A DNA stretch of 64,000 nt from Escherichia phage ECO71P1. The stretch is from sequence record OP172789; one strand, 5' to 3'. The notes under the pieces were generated by a model, which saw only the letters and a program-made list of their open reading frames with translations, was not told where the DNA came from and searched no databases. Positions 1 to 8,418 of the stretch are shown one piece after another. Numbering within the stretch: position 1 is the first letter of the stretch; every line of letters begins with the position of its first letter. A program made the position numbers and the translations under genes.

Positions 1-97
1 GTATAAATATAAGTTTAGTATAAGTATGAGGATGTAGAAAAAATTAATTTAAATTAATTCAAAATGGAGTTAATTGTTTTTTCAAAGTTGTATAAAG

Positions 98-132
98 TAT
101 AGCGGCGACGCGTATCATCCGTATCATCCGTA
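98..132 (+). repeat. iteron block A: TATAGCGGCGACG followed by CGTATCATC CGTATCATC CGTA
   Basis: Tandem 9-bp unit read directly; 40/42 identical to 52178-52216. Confidence 0.8.
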
Positions 133-289
133 TGAGTGTACCATTGAACCCAGTCGCGGCGCACCATAGAAGTGTGTGGAGTGAACTACGGATAGGTCCA
201 AATCTTACGTCATTATACGCTTAAATTCTATGCGTAAGGTTAGCCAGCTAACTATATCTCCTTTTTAATTTCAAGCGGCAATCCCATAG

Positions 290-510
290 ACGGCGCAGCC
301 TACAGACCCACACACCACGGTACACGCCCCAAAACCTAGTTATTCCCTCTCCAATCCCACAGCACCACAGTACAATATTCTTCCAAATTCGCACACATAT
401 TCAAGACACACAAATCACGTCACAATCCTCACGCCAAACAAACCTCTAATAAATTTACACAAATCAATCGCTTTATCCGATAATAAAGACTCACAAACAA
501 CAAGCAAACA
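290..510 (+). other. G-depleted CA-rich non-coding tract
   Basis: About 220 nt with very few G on the plus strand; no ORF of 60 aa or more in any frame. Confidence 0.6.
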
Positions 511-530
511 AAAAGGGCCAATCGGCCCTC
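508..530 (-). terminator. rho-independent terminator (GGGCC GATT GGCCC plus T5 on minus strand)
   Basis: Hairpin 515-528 followed on the minus strand by UUUUU. Confidence 0.55.
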
Positions 531-546
531 TTAACATTAATCACTA

Positions 547-999
547 TTAAAATATAAAATTCTTCACTCCTAGCCTTTTAAATTCTTTCCTTAAAATTAT
601 ATTAAACTTCTTCAATTTAGTTTTATTCATCCTTAGCGGATTATAGGTGAACACCTTTTCTATTACTTCCTCGCTCATTTTTGAGCGCATATTAGTTGCG
701 TAATAGTTCTTGAACATATTAATAAGGTGATTGGATTCCAGCTTAAGCTCAATCACTTCTTCCGATTCATCAAGCTCAAGCAATCCTTTTTGCGTAAGAA
801 TATCTCTCAATATATTCTGACACTTCTTGCAATCACCTTTGCCTAAAAGCGAGTCGATATAATCGCCGCTGACGCGCTCATCACCGAAATACGTTGCGCG
901 ACCACAAAGGCTTTGCACTTCTCCTTCGTCAAAGTAATGCGCACGATGTCCCCACTTCGGTATGGCCCAACCAGCGGCGATAAGCCGTTTACCCATCAC
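547..999 (-). CDS. hypothetical protein (150 aa)
   Basis: Long ORF at the distal end of the minus-strand early block; hairpin plus T-tract follows on the minus strand at 508-530. Confidence 0.5.
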   Translation of the reverse strand: MMGKRLIAAGWAIPKWGHRAHYFDEGEVQSLCGRATYFGDERVSGDYIDSLLGKGDCKKCQNILRDILTQKGLLELDESEEVIELKLESNHLINMFKNYYATNMRSKMSEEVIEKVFTYNPLRMNKTKLKKFNIILRKEFKRLGVKNFIF

Positions 1000-1592
1000 C
1001 CCTCCTTAACGACCCGATAAGCAATGATGTCTGAACCATAGCCAAGCAATGTTCTATCCCAACCGATGCAGTCAGAAAATATGTCTTTAGTGATAATGCC
1101 ATCTCGATATTTAACGTCTACCCGTTTCCCAGGTGCTGGATTTTCACCACCAAACCAACCGTTCCAAGCAACATTGTCATTGCTCTTAACCACCCGATAA
1201 GCAGCTATGTCACTGCCTTTGAGCGCTCCTATGTGACCCCAGTAAAGATGGTCAGAAAGTCTTGATAAAACTTTATCAACTCCATCGCGCAGCTTGTATT
1301 CAACCATCTTACCAGGCACCGGATTCTCTCCACCAAACCACACGTTCCACGCTTCTTCCTTCGGCGCATCATCCACGCCTATATTAGCAACAACGTCATG
1401 TAACTGCTTAACGAGCGCCGACGCATCACGGACCTGTGAGCGTAATGCAACCAACTCGCGTTGCGCTTCACTATATTTCTCTTCCAGCGCGGCATAGTCC
1501 TCATATTCAACGTAGCCGCCTTCATTATCCTTTACAACTTCGCAAGTGCAAGCGTGCTGCGTGCAATAATCAACATCATAACGTTGTATCAT
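996..1592 (-). CDS. hypothetical protein with two tandem copies of a ~45-aa W-x-GGENP-x-PGK ... (D)IIAYRVV module
   Basis: ORF track; internal duplication visible in translation (WNVWFGGENPVPGK...GSDIAAYRVV and WNGWFGGENPAPGK...GSDIIAYRVV); 4-nt overlap with neighbour. Confidence 0.55.
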   Translation of the reverse strand: MIQRYDVDYCTQHACTCEVVKDNEGGYVEYEDYAALEEKYSEAQRELVALRSQVRDASALVKQLHDVVANIGVDDAPKEEAWNVWFGGENPVPGKMVEYKLRDGVDKVLSRLSDHLYWGHIGALKGSDIAAYRVVKSNDNVAWNGWFGGENPAPGKRVDVKYRDGIITKDIFSDCIGWDRTLLGYGSDIIAYRVVKEG

Positions 1593-2079
1593 TTAACTTC
1601 TCCAAAATTTCGATAGCGATTTGTGTTTGCTTCTCAAGCGCGATACGCAACATGTCAATTTGCAAGTCACGATGGGCCAGTTCAGCGGCGATGTCCGACT
1701 TGCTGTAAAGACCTTCATGCGTCATGGCATAGATGTGGCGCGTATAATAGCCGCCCTCATCGAGTTGCTCGATGTCACGTTGCCCGACTGCATATTGTTT
1801 ATCGGCTGTTTGCGCCGCTTCTTGGATTCTTATTTCTGCCACTTCCTTTAATGAATCGCTTGATGCTGGTCTGTTCTCTTCGAACATATTCCCATCACCA
1901 ATTTGCGCGCACCAAATCGAATCACCAGAAAAGCGCCACTGGCCGCCCAAGTCATCCCATGCAGGCTTTTCTTCATAAGCCCAGATCATCCCGTTAGAAT
2001 CGCGCGCAACGAATCGTGCGCGAGCGTCTATTTCGTATTCTTTACCTTCGAACTTGATGCGCTGTCTATTGTTAGTCAT
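1576..2079 (-). CDS. hypothetical protein (167 aa)
   Basis: ORF track; co-directional compact packing. Confidence 0.5.
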   Translation of the reverse strand: MTNNRQRIKFEGKEYEIDARARFVARDSNGMIWAYEEKPAWDDLGGQWRFSGDSIWCAQIGDGNMFEENRPASSDSLKEVAEIRIQEAAQTADKQYAVGQRDIEQLDEGGYYTRHIYAMTHEGLYSKSDIAAELAHRDLQIDMLRIALEKQTQIAIEILEKLNDTTL

Positions 2080-2408
2080 GATGCATCCTTAGTTGGATAG
2101 AATTTAGGGTTGTTCTTATAGAATGCCTTGAGCCATGCCTTTGCTTCAGCGATGCTGCTGAACTCTTCCTTGGAGAGTCCGGTGCGGTCCTCGCCTGCGA
2201 CCTTGAAATGGATGCGCACCTTGAGCCGAAGGTTGGTTGCTCTCGCGTAGTGGCCTTCATAGCCGTGATGGTCGAGGCTTACGATGGCGGCAAGCAGCTC
2301 GCAATCTTCTTTATCGGGATTGCCGCTGTAACAAGTCGGCCAGCCGCGACGTTGGAATGACCTGTATTGGCCTGTTGGCTCAGGGTCCACGTACCATTTC
2401 AATTTCAT
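2076..2408 (-). CDS. hypothetical protein (110 aa)
   Basis: ORF track; 4-nt overlaps with both neighbours. Confidence 0.5.
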   Translation of the reverse strand: MKLKWYVDPEPTGQYRSFQRRGWPTCYSGNPDKEDCELLAAIVSLDHHGYEGHYARATNLRLKVRIHFKVAGEDRTGLSKEEFSSIAEAKAWLKAFYKNNPKFYPTKDAS

Positions 2409-2746
2409 TTAACCTTCTCCAATTGGAATCTTGCTTCTGGAAAGCCTGCGACAAACATGTCACGACCCTCGACATCACGCTTCACGAACCAACGCATCCC
2501 GTTGACGACCGTGAAGACAATTTGCCTTCCATCAATAATAAGTCCTTTCGCCTCATAAAGCAAATAAGTCTGACCGACTTTGAAGCTTAACATATCCTTG
2601 CTTGTGCTGGTGCACTTGAGCCGCCACTTGGTGAGATTGGATTCGCTTGCCTCAATGTCAACAACCTTACCGCGCAGCGGCGATGTGCGTTGAAGCTCTT
2701 TCATCTGCTCATCGAACGTGAGTTCACGGACTTCTTGCTCTTCCAT
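2405..2746 (-). CDS. hypothetical protein (113 aa)
   Basis: ORF track; overlapping start/stop with neighbours. Confidence 0.5.
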   Translation of the reverse strand: MEEQEVRELTFDEQMKELQRTSPLRGKVVDIEASESNLTKWRLKCTSTSKDMLSFKVGQTYLLYEAKGLIIDGRQIVFTVVNGMRWFVKRDVEGRDMFVAGFPEARFQLEKVK

Positions 2747-3246
2747 TATTCCTCCACGACGCGATAGGCAATGATGTCATCTCCGCTTCCAACGTGCTTC
2801 CATCTTACTGATTGTGAGCCGTAACACCCGACGGACTTTATCCCGCTTCTCATTTTGTACTTGATAATCTTCCCAGGCACCGGATTCTCGCCTCCAGCCC
2901 ATTCAATCCAACCTTCATGAGACTCTTCGGACTTCTTCAAGTGATCGTACTTTTCACCAATGTGGGCAATTGGTTGGTTGCTGTTGTAAAAGAATCCAAG
3001 CGCAACATCGTAGCACGGATGACTATGAGAAAGACAGATGTCATCGCACCAAAGCTCCATGGTGCGCGACTTAAGGGTCATGATATTGGTATACCACTCG
3101 ATGGTGTAGTGGTCGTTAAGGTTGCCGACGATATAGAAGTTGCGACAAAAGTGCGCAGCATCGTCGGACTTCTCGCGGCGATAGCTTTTGATTGCGCCAG
3201 CCTTTACAGCCATTTCCAGTACTGCTTCGAGTTGTTCGATTTTCAT
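2746..3246 (-). CDS. hypothetical protein carrying one copy of the W-x-GGENP-x-PGK ... IIAYRVV module at its C-terminus
   Basis: Translation ends ...WIEWAGGENPVPGKIIKYKMRSG...GSGDDIIAYRVVEE, paralogous to the repeats in 996-1592. Confidence 0.55.
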   Translation of the reverse strand: MKIEQLEAVLEMAVKAGAIKSYRREKSDDAAHFCRNFYIVGNLNDHYTIEWYTNIMTLKSRTMELWCDDICLSHSHPCYDVALGFFYNSNQPIAHIGEKYDHLKKSEESHEGWIEWAGGENPVPGKIIKYKMRSGIKSVGCYGSQSVRWKHVGSGDDIIAYRVVEE

Positions 3247-3479
3247 TTCTTTACTCCGAGTTCAATTTGATAGCCGATTGACAATTCATTTTCGCCGATG
3301 TTGAATGCATCGACTGGCTGCGACATCACCGCTTTTAAATATACCTTCTTGCGTCGCTTCGCCTTGTACAAACAACGGTCGCCGCTGCGGTTGTAAATAT
3401 TAAGCCAGGTGCGTTTGCTAATCTTATACGGCACATGCGGCTTGATGAATAATAAACGGGCCTTAAGATTTGATGTCAT
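3243..3479 (-). CDS. hypothetical protein (78 aa)
   Basis: ORF track; overlaps neighbours by 4 nt. Confidence 0.4.
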   Translation of the reverse strand: MTSNLKARLLFIKPHVPYKISKRTWLNIYNRSGDRCLYKAKRRKKVYLKAVMSQPVDAFNIGENELSIGYQIELGVKK

Positions 3480-3771
3480 AATATTTACCTCCAGCCATAT
3501 TCTCTTTAATTTCTTTTAATGCCGTGCGACCTGCTTTTGTCATCACCACGGATGAATAGCGCGTCGGGTCTTTCTCTCCTGGCACCGCCCAATCAACAAG
3601 GCCCAACCGGAATAAGACAGGGATTGATGGCGCATTGATGTCGTGGAAAAGTGATGGCCGCTTTTCATAAGCCTTCTTGCGGTCGCCGCGCAGCATGTAT
3701 GGCGTTCCATCTCCCATCCTGTACAATGTTTGAATTTGCGCTAGGCTTAGTCTCATTGTTGTCTTCTCCAA
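3463..3771 (-). CDS. hypothetical protein (102 aa)
   Basis: ORF track. Confidence 0.45.
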   Translation of the reverse strand: MEKTTMRLSLAQIQTLYRMGDGTPYMLRGDRKKAYEKRPSLFHDINAPSIPVLFRLGLVDWAVPGEKDPTRYSSVVMTKAGRTALKEIKENMAGGKYYDIKS

Positions 3772-3938
3772 ACTGCGTGTAATGTTTTCTGGTCGAACTT
3801 GGACAGCGTTTCACGCTCCGATGCTTTAAGGAATCGCGTGCCAAAGAACAGCATCCCTTGCGGCGTTTTAACGAGAGACACGCCTTTGTTACGGTAAAAG
3901 CTTACCAAGGCTGATGCGTTGTGGACTTCGGTAATCAT
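3753..3938 (-). CDS. hypothetical small protein (start moved to internal ATG after AAGGAG RBS)
   Basis: The annotated 3998 start lies inside a sigma70-like promoter; AAGGAG at 3947-3952 precedes ATG at 3938. Confidence 0.4.
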   Translation of the reverse strand: MITEVHNASALVSFYRNKGVSLVKTPQGMLFFGTRFLKASERETLSKFDQKTLHAVWRRQQ

Positions 3939-3959
3939 AATCATTTCTCCTTTGCTTGA

Positions 3960-4013
3960 TGAACTAAGTATAATACAGGCAAATAAAAAGGCAAGCATTT
4001 AGCTCACCTTTTT
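3960..4013 (-). promoter_or_regulatory. early promoter: conserved 27-bp element AAAAGGTGAGCTAAATGCTTGCCTTTT (minus-strand sense), then -35 TTGCCT and -10 TATACT
   Basis: -35/-10 hexamers with 16-17 bp spacing read directly; same element repeated at 5221-5274. Confidence 0.55.
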
Positions 4014-4016
4014 GAA

Positions 4017-4277
4017 TCAAATCTTCTTCGCCTCTTCGTGGAGGCCGACTGACCTTAGTTTGCGTCGCAAGTAAGCTTTCTTCTCGCTCTCCCGTCCTGC
4101 TGGAGTGACGCGCCAGCGTAATGTGTTCTCCAAATTCTTGCGTCGGTTGTGCTCGTCGAGTAGCTCTACCAGTGCCTTTGCATCGTCGAGTGTTAACACC
4201 ACTGGCCGCGACCCATTAACGGCTTGTCGAAGCTTCCGCGCGGCAACGGCCAACTTAGTCATCGGACCCTTGTTCAC
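4017..4277 (-). CDS. hypothetical protein (86 aa, basic)
   Basis: ORF track. Confidence 0.45.
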   Translation of the reverse strand: MNKGPMTKLAVAARKLRQAVNGSRPVVLTLDDAKALVELLDEHNRRKNLENTLRWRVTPAGRESEKKAYLRRKLRSVGLHEEAKKI

Positions 4278-4666
4278 GGCAACTCCTTATTCATTGGCGT
4301 AATGGAAAGCACCTTCACTTCAGTGATGTCACGGTTATATTCGCGCTTGATTTGTAGAATCTGGGATTGGATGCGCGCGATAAAGTGCCACGTTATGCCT
4401 TCCTTAACGTTAATCCAGGCCGCAAGCTGCATCGAGTCAATGTCACTTCTCAATGTCATCGGTCTGTAAACAGCACTTGGTGCACCACTAGCACCGTAAG
4501 CCAGTTGCGCGTCATAAGCTGAATACTTGAATGACACCAGGAACATTCTTTCTTCAAGTTGACTCTCGCTATTAGGATTCTTATCACAATTAGCCATATG
4601 CTGCACGAACTCTTCATGCGGAAGATGCATCACATCGTGGCAATACGGACAACGTTTCATTCTCAT
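4274..4666 (-). CDS. hypothetical protein with N-terminal Cys/His cluster (CPYCH...H...H...C), possible zinc-binding
   Basis: ORF track; Cys/His spacing in translation. Confidence 0.45.
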   Translation of the reverse strand: MRMKRCPYCHDVMHLPHEEFVQHMANCDKNPNSESQLEERMFLVSFKYSAYDAQLAYGASGAPSAVYRPMTLRSDIDSMQLAAWINVKEGITWHFIARIQSQILQIKREYNRDITEVKVLSITPMNKELP

Positions 4667-4899
4667 TTTGCATACTCCATAGCATATTGCTGCAGCTTAA
4701 ACGCAGCCTTTTGTAATTGTTTGTGGCGTTCAAATAACGTCTCACGCTTTTCAGCATGGCAATCGGCGCGAAGCATTGTTATGGCAACGCTTGACATAGC
4801 ATTCAATAAAAACTGAAAACGAGACACCATGCGCAGCTCATTGCGCTTGTTGAAAGACAGCTTACCCAGCGCGGCATTCATAATTGCACCTCGACACAC
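4663..4899 (-). CDS. hypothetical protein (78 aa)
   Basis: ORF track. Confidence 0.4.
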   Translation of the reverse strand: MCRGAIMNAALGKLSFNKRNELRMVSRFQFLLNAMSSVAITMLRADCHAEKRETLFERHKQLQKAAFKLQQYAMEYAK

Positions 4900-5195
4900 G
4901 ATTCACTAGCCTTGAATCCCCAGCCTTCCAGACCGACTTCGCCGCAGCAGCGCACCTTTGCCCAACCAGTCATGAGCCATTGGCGATACTTTTCGAAGTA
5001 TGTTGGCTTTTCTGAATAACAATGAACAAGGCCGTCGTCATCAATGGCCACGTAACGCGTCCAAGGCGCAACGGGTACAACTACGTCGGGGTGCGACTCT
5101 GGCCAAGGCTTGATGTGTACAGCTGTGTTCAAGTCTACGTTTAACACGCTGCCTAACCGCTCGTCTTGTTCCTGGTCAATGCCTAAGTAAATCAT
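4878..5195 (-). CDS. hypothetical protein (105 aa)
   Basis: ORF track; GAGGTG RBS and the conserved promoter element upstream. Confidence 0.5.
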   Translation of the reverse strand: MIYLGIDQEQDERLGSVLNVDLNTAVHIKPWPESHPDVVVPVAPWTRYVAIDDDGLVHCYSEKPTYFEKYRQWLMTGWAKVRCCGEVGLEGWGFKASESCVEVQL

Positions 5196-5220
5196 AATTC
5201 ACCTCGCTTGTTAGTCTTGA

Positions 5221-5274
5221 TGAACAGAGTATAAGTATTGATAAAAGAAAAGGCAAGCATTTAGCTCACCTTTT
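5221..5274 (-). promoter_or_regulatory. early promoter, second copy of the conserved 27-bp element with -35 TTGCCT, 17-bp spacer, -10 TATACT
   Basis: Near-identical to 3987-4013; hexamers read directly. Confidence 0.55.
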
Positions 5275-5279
5275 GATAT

Positions 5280-5612
5280 TCATTTTACATAGTGGAGTAG
5301 GTCAATCTCTATCTCGTGCCTTGTCCTTGTTATCTTTGTATCGCCCGTCCGGTGGGTGACTTGAGAGAAGAAAGAGTCTTTGTGAGCACATCTTTCAAAC
5401 ATCACGCTGGCAAATCTGCAGCCGCATATTGCATCAAGTTTTGCTCCGTTAGACAAAAGGTTGAATGTCAATACAGTGTTATCCATCCTTGCATTTTGCT
5501 TGATGCAGGACTTTAAGAAGGCGTAAGAATCGGCAAATGATTTGTGCCTTTTACAAATATCTTTAACCTTTTCACGTTCATACGCGGCGAGTATCTGATC
5601 ACGGGTCATCAC
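5280..5612 (-). CDS. hypothetical protein (110 aa)
   Basis: ORF track. Confidence 0.45.
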   Translation of the reverse strand: MMTRDQILAAYEREKVKDICKRHKSFADSYAFLKSCIKQNARMDNTVLTFNLLSNGAKLDAICGCRFASVMFERCAHKDSFFSQVTHRTGDTKITRTRHEIEIDLLHYVK

Positions 5613-5845
5613 TGCACCTCTGTTATTCCGGTTATACGAACGATGACTGTGTCATCCAAATTAAACTGCTGCCGCGCAACGCGCTTGATGTCGTCCTTAA
5701 GGTCCGCAATCAACTCCCTTGTTAACACTGTACGCTCTGAGACGCCATATTGCACGTCAAAGGTATACTCGCCATAAAACACCGCGCCATTGGGAAGTTG
5801 CACGACATAGAATGCCATATACATGGCGTTGATATAATCTTCCAT
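5609..5845 (-). CDS. hypothetical protein (78 aa; start at internal ATG overlapping upstream stop as TAATG)
   Basis: The longer 5959 start would overlap the upstream gene by >100 nt in another frame; ATG at 5845 is coupled to the upstream stop. Confidence 0.4.
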   Translation of the reverse strand: MEDYINAMYMAFYVVQLPNGAVFYGEYTFDVQYGVSERTVLTRELIADLKDDIKRVARQQFNLDDTVIVRITGITEVQ

Positions 5846-6192
5846 TATACATTCTCCACGGGTCGACGAATGAGTTTGCGTAATCCTTCGGGCCAGACCT
5901 TCTTGATGACGGCCTTTGCTGGGCTGGATGAAAGCTTCTTCAGCTTCAATAGGACACAACCTTCATCATCGTTCGGTTGCACCTGGATAACGACTCGCGC
6001 TTGTCGGTCAATGACCATGACATCCCCAACGCGAATGTCTTTCACCAACACGCCCATCTCCTTCGTGCCGGATACGCCAATCACGTGGTCGCAACGGACT
6101 CGCGACGGTAGCAACGTGCCGCCTTCAGCCATCTCACGCACACGCTTCTTAATCTCTGCGCCATACAGCGTTTCATCTTTAACATGAGCCAT
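5845..6192 (-). CDS. hypothetical protein (start at ATG preceded by AAGGTA)
   Basis: ORF track with start adjusted to avoid overlap with 6179-6673. Confidence 0.4.
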   Translation of the reverse strand: MAHVKDETLYGAEIKKRVREMAEGGTLLPSRVRCDHVIGVSGTKEMGVLVKDIRVGDVMVIDRQARVVIQVQPNDDEGCVLLKLKKLSSSPAKAVIKKVWPEGLRKLIRRPVENV

Positions 6193-6673
6193 GTTCAAGT
6201 ACCTTATAGAATTTAGTGGTGAATCGCTCGTCGCCATAGTAGCGATAATTTCCGCCACCTGTGTGATCAAACCTTACCCATTGAATTAAAGTCTGGTCAG
6301 CGTCATGCGACACGTGAATCACTCGGCCATTAACAGGAATTGCACCCTCTTCCGCGTCCTTGCTTATGATTGAGTCGCCGTTCTTTATGTCAAATATGTC
6401 AATTGGCTTAAGGCGCGGCTTGTTATCAGCATAAGTTTTAATAGGTAAGGCAATGCAGCGAGAATTTGAATGATACACAGGTCTTGTTGCACCCTTGACG
6501 TTGCGCTTCAGCAATTCATCAATGGCATAGTCAACATCATCACTTTCAAACTCCTTCATGATGAAGTCTCTTACCCTTACACGAAGGTTGACATCTGCTT
6601 CTGCACGTCTCAATGCGTGTAAAATTTCTTTAGCTTCTTCTTTGTTTAACATTAAAGGGCGATGAATGATCAT
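6179..6673 (-). CDS. hypothetical protein (164 aa)
   Basis: ORF track. Confidence 0.5.
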   Translation of the reverse strand: MIIHRPLMLNKEEAKEILHALRRAEADVNLRVRVRDFIMKEFESDDVDYAIDELLKRNVKGATRPVYHSNSRCIALPIKTYADNKPRLKPIDIFDIKNGDSIISKDAEEGAIPVNGRVIHVSHDADQTLIQWVRFDHTGGGNYRYYGDERFTTKFYKVLEHGSC

Positions 6674-6827
6674 AATTAACCTCTGATTTGTGACACAAAA
6701 CGTTTATAATGTTCTTTGGCTAAGACGCGTGCACGCTCTTTCGTATGGCCACTGGCTTCGAGTACGCGACGAAGCTGCTTGATTGCGTCCGCTTTACTAA
6801 TCTTGTTATCGCTAAATTGATATTTAT

Positions 6828-7049
6828 TCATGCTTCACAAGCCGCCTTAATTTGACGTGGAGTAACGATGACCACTTCACCAACCAGTGACTTGTCGTCT
6901 TCTTTTACCGTGTCGATTCGAACGCGGTAATGATTGCGACCGCGCGAATCAGTAAGGTATTGATCCAGCTCAAGGATGGTGCCTGCGCGCATATTCTGTC
7001 CTGACATCCAACGGATGCGGTCCCCAGCCTTAAGAGTTTTCTTTCTCAT
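6828..7049 (-). CDS. hypothetical small protein (73 aa; internal start MRKKTLKAGD...)
   Basis: The N-terminal extension in the track overlaps the upstream gene; internal ATG at 7049 abuts the stop of 7057-7335. Confidence 0.4.
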   Translation of the reverse strand: MRKKTLKAGDRIRWMSGQNMRAGTILELDQYLTDSRGRNHYRVRIDTVKEDDKSLVGEVVIVTPRQIKAACEA

Positions 7050-7056
7050 CTTCAAC

Positions 7057-7335
7057 TCACTTATAGTATTTAAACATAGCCGCGCAAAAGTCTTGCATGG
7101 CATTCTTAATCTGCTTCTTGAACAACGGGTCATGCATCGTTTCAACATTCGTCTTAATCCGAACGTGACCGATAACATCAAACGCAGTCGCTGGCATCGG
7201 CTCATAGATTTCATGATCGTTCAAGATTATATCTAGTTTTGACTCAGAAATCACGGGATAATTCTTTCCAGCAGTAAACTGGTCATCAATCGATGACGTG
7301 CACTTGACAAAGAACACTTTGTATGTAGTAATCAT
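7057..7335 (-). CDS. hypothetical protein (92 aa)
   Basis: ORF track. Confidence 0.45.
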   Translation of the reverse strand: MITTYKVFFVKCTSSIDDQFTAGKNYPVISESKLDIILNDHEIYEPMPATAFDVIGHVRIKTNVETMHDPLFKKQIKNAMQDFCAAMFKYYK

Positions 7336-7541
7336 AGTGAGTCCTTCGGGCCGCAGTAGCGCCCGTCCAGGTAGCGGTCATATTGGATTAAGGCGAACGT
7401 TTTCAACGAAAGGTTACGGCGCTTAAACAGGTGACCCGTTGATGGATTCTGCTCGTGCGCCGTTGGATAAAGGCGTGACAGGTAGTGGATGAGGACTTGT
7501 AAAGCTCTACGTTGCTTTGTTATTCTCCCTTGTGTATTCAT
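7332..7541 (-). CDS. hypothetical protein (69 aa)
   Basis: ORF track; 4-nt overlap with downstream gene. Confidence 0.35.
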   Translation of the reverse strand: MNTQGRITKQRRALQVLIHYLSRLYPTAHEQNPSTGHLFKRRNLSLKTFALIQYDRYLDGRYCGPKDSL

Positions 7542-7770
7542 GGCTGAATCTACCCTCTGTCAATATCCGGTCGTGGATGACTATACCAGTGCAGCGCAGT
7601 CGGTTGGCATTGCTTCGCGCCTTTGCTGCTTGATGAGGATTGAACAAGCCAAACAAACTAGCCTTAAAAGCAAACTGGTAATATTTGATTAAGGTACTAA
7701 GTGCTAACTCAATCCTGTCTAAATTAATCATAATATCACCTCGTCAGAAAAGCAAATATTTTGATGATAA

Positions 7771-8418
7771 TTATCCTGTGGCCTGCATATTGCGTACATA
7801 CTTCTGCTCTAATGAATAGATGAAGTCGGCGACCGTCAATCCTTTGGTGTGCCACTCATACATTGTGTAGCCTGTATTCAGGAAATAGCCGCGCACCTTG
7901 TCCATTGCTTCAGATTCCTCCATGGAAGCCATCAGCGCGGCGACGTTATCATAAGAAGGCACAAATCCCTTCTTGCGTAGCGCATTGCGCAAATCTTTAG
8001 TTCTGAATCCAATCTTGCACAGGTCATCACGGCCCGTTGAAGATGCAACCTTCGGCAGCGCAAGGAACTCTTTGAGGAACATTGAGATGTTCAAGTCGCC
8101 TGCGTCATCAAGCTTCTGGAGTCGGTTGCGACCGCGACCCTTGAATTCACTCGCACGAGGGTGAGCACCAAAGCAGTGCGCCCCTTCCAGTTTTGGGTCG
8201 ATGATCATCAAATCTTTGCCTACGCGCAATTCAACATAGTAAAGGTATGTCTCATCGATAAGCTTCGTGCGCTTACAGTTGATGGAGTCCTTATCGTAAC
8301 CAAAACCACGCAACACGGTTGAAATCATCCGGTTCATTTCTTCTCCGTGAACGTCACTCTCTTTGTTCAGTTCACCAAGATGTTGAAAGAATTTAGCGAT
8401 GTTGATTGCTTTATTCAT
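7771..8418 (-). CDS. hypothetical protein (215 aa)
   Basis: ORF track; directly upstream of and overlapping the primase-helicase start. Confidence 0.5.
   Translation of the reverse strand: MNKAINIAKFFQHLGELNKESDVHGEEMNRMISTVLRGFGYDKDSINCKRTKLIDETYLYYVELRVGKDLMIIDPKLEGAHCFGAHPRASEFKGRGRNRLQKLDDAGDLNISMFLKEFLALPKVASSTGRDDLCKIGFRTKDLRNALRKKGFVPSYDNVAALMASMEESEAMDKVRGYFLNTGYTMYEWHTKGLTVADFIYSLEQKYVRNMQATG

Noticed and set aside
38-290. Regions 38-290 and 52128-52296 as direct terminal repeats of a linear genome
   Set aside because: The two copies are clearly diverged outside the 22-bp iteron core, whereas terminal redundancy would be identical; interpreted instead as paralogous regulatory or origin modules
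1-546. Possible tRNA or CRISPR content in the large non-coding regions (1-546 and 51888-52303)
   Set aside because: No cloverleaf-compatible sequence (GTTCRANYC T-loop with matching acceptor stem) was found, and the repeats are 9-bp tandem iterons without CRISPR-like regular spacers
5609-5959. Long N-terminal extensions of several minus-strand early ORFs (5609-5959, 5845-6270, 6828-7214, 10635-10949)
   Set aside because: The extensions overlap the upstream gene in another frame by 50-170 nt; internal ATGs with an RBS or stop-start coupling give non-overlapping genes and were preferred
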